A stretch of DNA of 40,424 nt, taken from contig NC_069003.1 in the NCBI RefSeq assembly GCF_001194135.2, forward strand, positions 34,510,303-34,550,726, given 5' to 3'. The notes below the pieces were generated by a model. That model did no database searches, was not told the DNA's origin, and worked only from the letters and a program-made list of their open reading frames with translations. Made by a program: the position numbers and the translations under genes. This DNA is from Octopus bimaculoides (taxonomy: Eukaryota). Every line of letters starts with the position of its first letter. The stretch's first letter is position 1. Of this stretch, positions 35,324 to 40,424 are shown piece by piece.

Positions 35324-35699
35324 GTATATAGCATCCTAGAATTACCAACACTTTCGGAATCTGATACTTATTTTGAAGGCTTTAATGCATAAATCCATTA
35401 TAGACGAAACATAATTAGTTAACTCACAGGTCTTAGATCGTGAAGGTATCAATATTCAATTAAATTCTTGTACAAAATCAGACAAAATTAAATTACTCAC
35501 TAATTATATATACATGATGATTTACCCTAATTAACCTTCGTATACACTCTCTTAATTATCTTAATTGTTATTTTGCAATTCTTTAATTCACAGCCGCACT
35601 GTTGTCTTTCCCAATCTTCTGATGTCGTTATTTTGTATCGAGGTCTCTGTTATTAGTACGAAAAGATGGTTTTGATGTTGCCATTATAGTAATAGCAGA

Positions 35700-35719
35700 G
35701 GTAATAGTAGCAGTGGTAA

Positions 35720-35773
<54 letters not shown>

Positions 35774-35910
35774 AGGTGGTAGCAGTGGTAGTTGTAGCAA
35801 CATTAAGTATCGTTGTTTATCTAATTAATAATATAGAAAGTACTTCCAAAATTTTTTTCAACATTTCGTTGAATAATAAGAATCTCAACAAGTCAACACC
35901 AACAGCTGCT

Positions 35911-35979
<69 letters not shown>

Positions 35980-36318
35980 NNNNNNNNNNNNNNNNNNNNN
36001 NNNNNNNNNNNNNNNNNNNNNNNNNNNNNNNNNNNNNNNNNNNNNNNNNNNNNNNNNNNNNNNNNNNNNNNNNNNNNNNNNNNNNNNNNNNNNNNNNNNN
36101 NNNNNNNNNNNNNNNNNNNNNNNNNNNNNNNNNNNNNNNNNNNNNNNNNNNNNNNNNNNNNNNNNNNNNNNNNNNNNNNNNNNNNNNNNNNNNNNNNNNN
36201 NNNNNNNNNNNNNNNNNNNNNNNNNNNNNNNNNNNNNNNNNNNNNNNNNNNNNNNNNNNNNNNNNNNNNNNNNNNNNNNNNNNNNNNNNNNNNNNNNNNN
36301 NNNNNNNNNNNNNNNNNN

Positions 36319-36358
<40 letters not shown>

Positions 36359-36430
36359 GATATGTATGTATGTATGTATATATATATATGTGTGTGTGTG
36401 TGTATATATGTACATATATGTATATATATT
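35700..36430. repeat. (GTA)n, (GT)n and (TA)n/(TG)n microsatellites around a gap
   Basis: Direct reading. Confidence 0.95.
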
Positions 36431-36851
36431 TTAAGTGGGAGATAGTGAGAAGATAGCTAGTACAGAACTAACAGATAAAGATTTAGCGTTACACACTTTC
36501 AGAGACTGAGAGACAGAGAGAGGGAGAGAGAGAGGGGGAGAGAGAGAGAAAGAGGAAGAGAAGGTGGCAGGCAGACAGACAGACAGACCGACAGAACTAG
36601 AGTTGAGAGTTAGTGATACGATGTCGAAAGAGCTGAGATTGCACATAAATATATATAAACATTAGTACAAAGGGAATATATTTCTACTTAATGACATCAG
36701 ATTTTATATTCTCACACGCACACATACACACATATTCATATATTCATATATACTCACATACGTACATATATTCATGCATACACACCTTCATACATACTCA
36801 TACACGGATAGGTACTTACAAACATACATACGCTTACATACATATGTATAT

Positions 36852-36883
<32 letters not shown>

Positions 36884-37279
36884 NNNNNNNNNNNNNNNNN
36901 NNNNNNNNNNNNNNNNNNNNNNNNNNNNNNNAAATATTGCGAATATAAATAAACAGAAATTGAGAGAGATATATATACATACACACACACACACACACAC
37001 ATATATATGCATAGATATACATACATCAGTGCACACTCATATTATGGCTATTATTTCTATTATTTCTACAGATAAAAGTCATATTTCCGAAGTTTTTATT
37101 TCATTTCTGCCAACGTTTTATCTCAGATCAAAGAATTTTTAAAAACATTTTACCCCGCACCCTTGTAGTAATGCAAACATTCCCCCGCCCCTAATCTGAC
37201 CACATTTTCCTATCAACTACTTCATTACAGTACTAGACATAAGACAACACCTTGTTGAACACCAACACCGAAACGTCTA

Positions 37280-37450
37280 TGTGGTCGATTGATCTGTTGG
37301 AAATAACAGTCAAATATTCTTGAAACCACAGCATACATCTTTAAAAAAAGGGAACACAAATATTATACTTCTACATAATCCCTAGTGATCTTAAGTCTGC
37401 TCGATCGTAGTTGACCTGGGGTTAAATAACGACACAAACAATAACAAACA
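37280..37450 (+). mobile_element. Family D SINE-like repeat 3' part
   Basis: GAAATAACAGTCAAAT...CTTTAAAAAAAGG...GTCTGCTCGATCGTAGTTGACCTGGGGTTAAATAACGAC; matches 4692-4778 and 32335-32825 in reverse complement. Confidence 0.65.
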
Positions 37451-39242
37451 TGTCATTGTCGTCATTGATTTTTGCCAATGTTACAAACATTTGGAGCAAA
37501 CACGGGTCTCTTCTCTCCCGCATTTTCCCTCGTAGATCTGTAGACGTCTGGACAGGGCCACGAACCTCATTTTATTCACCAGCCTGGAAGAGCATACAAA
37601 GTTAAGATCCCACTTCTTAGACCAAAGATCGGGGAGCTTTCTTAAACAATTATTCCAAAATATGTTTATTTATGCCGTAGTTACCCCCTTGATTTGAAAG
37701 GAAGAAAATCATAGATTCTTTGAATTCAAAAGGTCCTTTGAATCTGTTTGGTGTGGCGTCTCTTAAGCACGTCCATTACATTGGACAAATGCAGAGTTAC
37801 CAGAAGAACATTTTCTCTCGTAACAAGGAACACGTTGTTTTTATATAATTTTACGTGTCCTCTAACGTGTCCTCATTAACCTCTAGAATTTCATTTTTAC
37901 CCCACTTGGCATAATTTACACTGGTTCGCCGGCCCTTGCTTTAGACAGACTTATAAAAATGAAACTTCCCCATTTTTAATCTCAATTTGCATATTCGTAC
38001 TTTTCGCCACTTATTAAACAATGTATATTTTTTTCATACACAATACAACATAAATCAGAAGAACTGAAATACATTTTAAAGATTTTAATGACTCCCTGTG
38101 AGTTAAATGAGAATGTAAATCCATTCTTTCTTTACTATTAATCTTATTCTTCAATGTTTTGAGATCAAATACTACTGTATGACTTTCACAAAATTAGCGT
38201 ATAGATTTATGCCATCTATTTTCCACTCTCTGTTTCTCTTTCTCTCTCTTTTGTTTTCTCTTTTCGTCTATGTTAATGTCTTTTCATTCCCCTCTCTTTC
38301 CCCTCTCTATCTCTCTCTCTGTATATTTATATCTACCTACCAACCTACTAACCTACTAACCTATCTGTCTTTCTGTCTGTCTATCCCTCTATCTGTCTAG
38401 TTGTGTGTGTGTATTCATGGAAAAGAAACGAAAATAAGTTAATTATGACCGCTGCCAGCTATCAGCTTTTATCATCGTCCTTGTTTAATAAGATGGTGGA
38501 CCACCAACAAATTAAGGATATTAGGACACCAGGTATTGTGTCTTCCAGCTCTAATCTCACTCTTTCTCACTCGTTGATTAAAACCATTCCTTATGCTTTC
38601 CAGCGATTCCTTAATTAAACAGAAAATGCAGATCACAAAATATTCCGCAGATTCGATATTTTACTAAATATATTTTCGTAAATAAAATACAAGGATAAAA
38701 GCAACATAAGATTTTATCGAGCAGCCAGCGTGTAAACCATTTAAGGAAAAAAATTAATACAAGGTATCTAATTGTTTCCTTCAGATATAAAATATATTAT
38801 AATATCAAGGGATATATTTTTGCGATATTTTTCATAGTTTTCTCTTTCATTTCTTTCTTTTATTCCTTCAATGAATTCTTTCATTGTATTCATTCGTTCA
38901 TTATACTAATTCTTTCATTATATTCTTTTCTTCATTATAATCATTCTTTGATTTTTTTTCTTGCATTCGTTTGCCTTATTAATTCCTTCCATTTTTTATC
39001 AAGTTCATCCCTTCAAAATATTCATTCCTTCAATATAACTCATTCCTTCATTATATTCATTCTTTTTGTTTCCTTTTTGTTTTGTTTTTTCGTCAAAATT
39101 CTTCAAATTCTTCAAATCTTTCTACACTTCTTTCTCCCCCCTCTCTCTCCTTCCCTTTGCTTTACCCTATCGTTCTCTCCCTCCCCCTTCCTTTGCATTT
39201 CTATATATTTCTCCACCCCCACGCCTTGTCTTTCCATATCGG

Positions 39243-39370
39243 CGTTGCTGATATCGAGGGCGACAGCATTGAACATTGTTGTCTTCGAATTTCTCCAGGG
39301 CGAGAGCACACTCTGTGGATGATAGAGGTGAGTGGGTCACCAATGGACGCAGACTTACGGAAACCGTACG
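39243..39370 (-). pseudogene. APE-type LINE reverse transcriptase fragment (RT domains 2-3), frameshifted
   Basis: YGFRKSASIGDPLTSIIHR/ALEKFED/AVALDISNA matches the QYGFR..RSTGDLL...THRW..ALE.FGE..AVALDISKAFD pattern of Jockey/I-group-like LINEs (from memory). Confidence 0.7.
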
Positions 39371-39649
39371 GAAGAGGGAGAGAAAAAAGGAAAAAGGAAA
39401 GAGACAGAGTGAAGGAGAGATAGAGACAGCAGTAGAGAGTGGTAGAGAGAGAAAGAGAGAGAGAGGGAGAGGGAATAGAAGGGGAGAGAGAAAGACTCAA
39501 AGTGGCGGAGGAGGTCACTGGTAGTAGCTCTCTGCGTTATCTGAGAATATTCGAAACCGGAGCGACGGAACAATCGAAGAGGTCGAAGGAATTGTCTTTC
39601 TTGGGAATGGAGCACCTTGTGTCGTAAGTTTGCCGAAACAGGGAGGGTC

Positions 39650-39722
39650 ACCATCGTTGTAGTCATCATAATTATCGTCATCATTGTCATCATCGTCGTC
39701 ATCATCATCGTCATCGACGTAG

Positions 39723-39771
<49 letters not shown>

Positions 39772-39881
39772 TATCATCATCATCACCATCGTCACCATTA
39801 TTACTGTCGTCGTCGTCGTCTTTACCATCATCGCCATCATCACCATCGTCATCATCGTCATCATCGTCATCGACGTCGTTG

Positions 39882-39923
<42 letters not shown>

Positions 39924-40012
39924 ACAGCAGCAGCAGTAGCAGAGGTGGCAGCAGCAGCAGTGGACAACAGCAACAACAACAACAATGACAACAACAACAA
40001 CAACAGCAGCAG
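39650..40012. repeat. (ATC/GTC)n and (CAG/CAA)n compound trinucleotide repeat
   Basis: Direct reading; source of the poly-D/M/I ORFs. Confidence 0.97.
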
Positions 40013-40356
40013 CGGCAGGTTTGGTTTCAATTACGGGTACATGTCCTAGTTTTATCAATATTTATTATTCGATCTCCATAACTTGATTTATGTTTTGTAA
40101 GAACCACAGAATCGATTAATTCAATCAAATACCAATTAGCATTTTTTCCTATCTCCAGAAGATGTCGTTTATATATCACCAATATACATACATGCATACA
40201 TATACATTTATATATATATGCGTGTGTGTGTGTGTGTATGGATGTGTGCATATATGTATGAATGTATATTATGTATGGTACATGTCGTACTCAATCTCTC
40301 CATCCACCTTTGTACTTACTTTACTGGTTATACAGTATCGAGAGAGGGACAATTGC

Positions 40357-40400
<44 letters not shown>
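40357..40400. repeat. (TA)n microsatellite
   Basis: Direct reading. Confidence 0.98.
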
Positions 40401-40403
<3 letters not shown>

Positions 40404-40424
40404 ACATACATACACACACACGCA

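Noticed and set aside
35440-35455. 16-nt micro-exon encoding VLDRE (cadherin-like LDRE motif)
   Set aside because: Too short to be meaningful, and no other cadherin motifs are present in the window.
37530-37700. Open frame ICRRLDRATNLILF... after a pyrimidine-rich AG
   Set aside because: No donor or recognisable domain; may be a decayed LINE on the opposite strand.
39515-39660. Possible second LINE RT piece (..KVLHSQERQF...RATTSDLL)
   Set aside because: Only vague similarity; not enough to call.

Overview
AT-rich eukaryotic draft-assembly DNA. From the SINE families I recall and the very dense microsatellites, it is most likely an octopus (coleoid cephalopod) intron or intergenic region; the species is an inference. 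About 4.2 kb is N, in 13 gaps that each abut a simple or low-complexity repeat. No complete protein-coding gene, RNA gene or CRISPR array is supportable, and almost all listed ORFs are microsatellite or gap artefacts. Recognisable content: (1) several tRNA-derived SINE families, including a nested insertion with an 11-bp target-site duplication (TSD) and a chimeric copy; (2) six decayed pieces of restriction-like-endonuclease (RLE, R4/Dong-like) non-LTR retrotransposons; (3) one RTE fragment and one other LINE reverse-transcriptase (RT) fragment; (4) two DD37D (maT-type) Tc1/mariner fragments; (5) two copies of a hAT/Charlie-like MITE. The best non-repeat signal is a compact promoter-like motif cluster at 5237-5345 (CCAAT, perfect CLEAR/E-box palindrome, ETS, YY1, GC box), possibly the start of a host gene. 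Several splice-flanked candidate exons are listed, but none could be confidently assigned to a protein. I did not find convincing evidence of a new biological system. The most unusual observations are an in-frame scrambled LINE mosaic, SINE modular exchange and strand bias, an internally deleted RLE element, a large microsatellite palindrome and a degenerate hammerhead-like motif.
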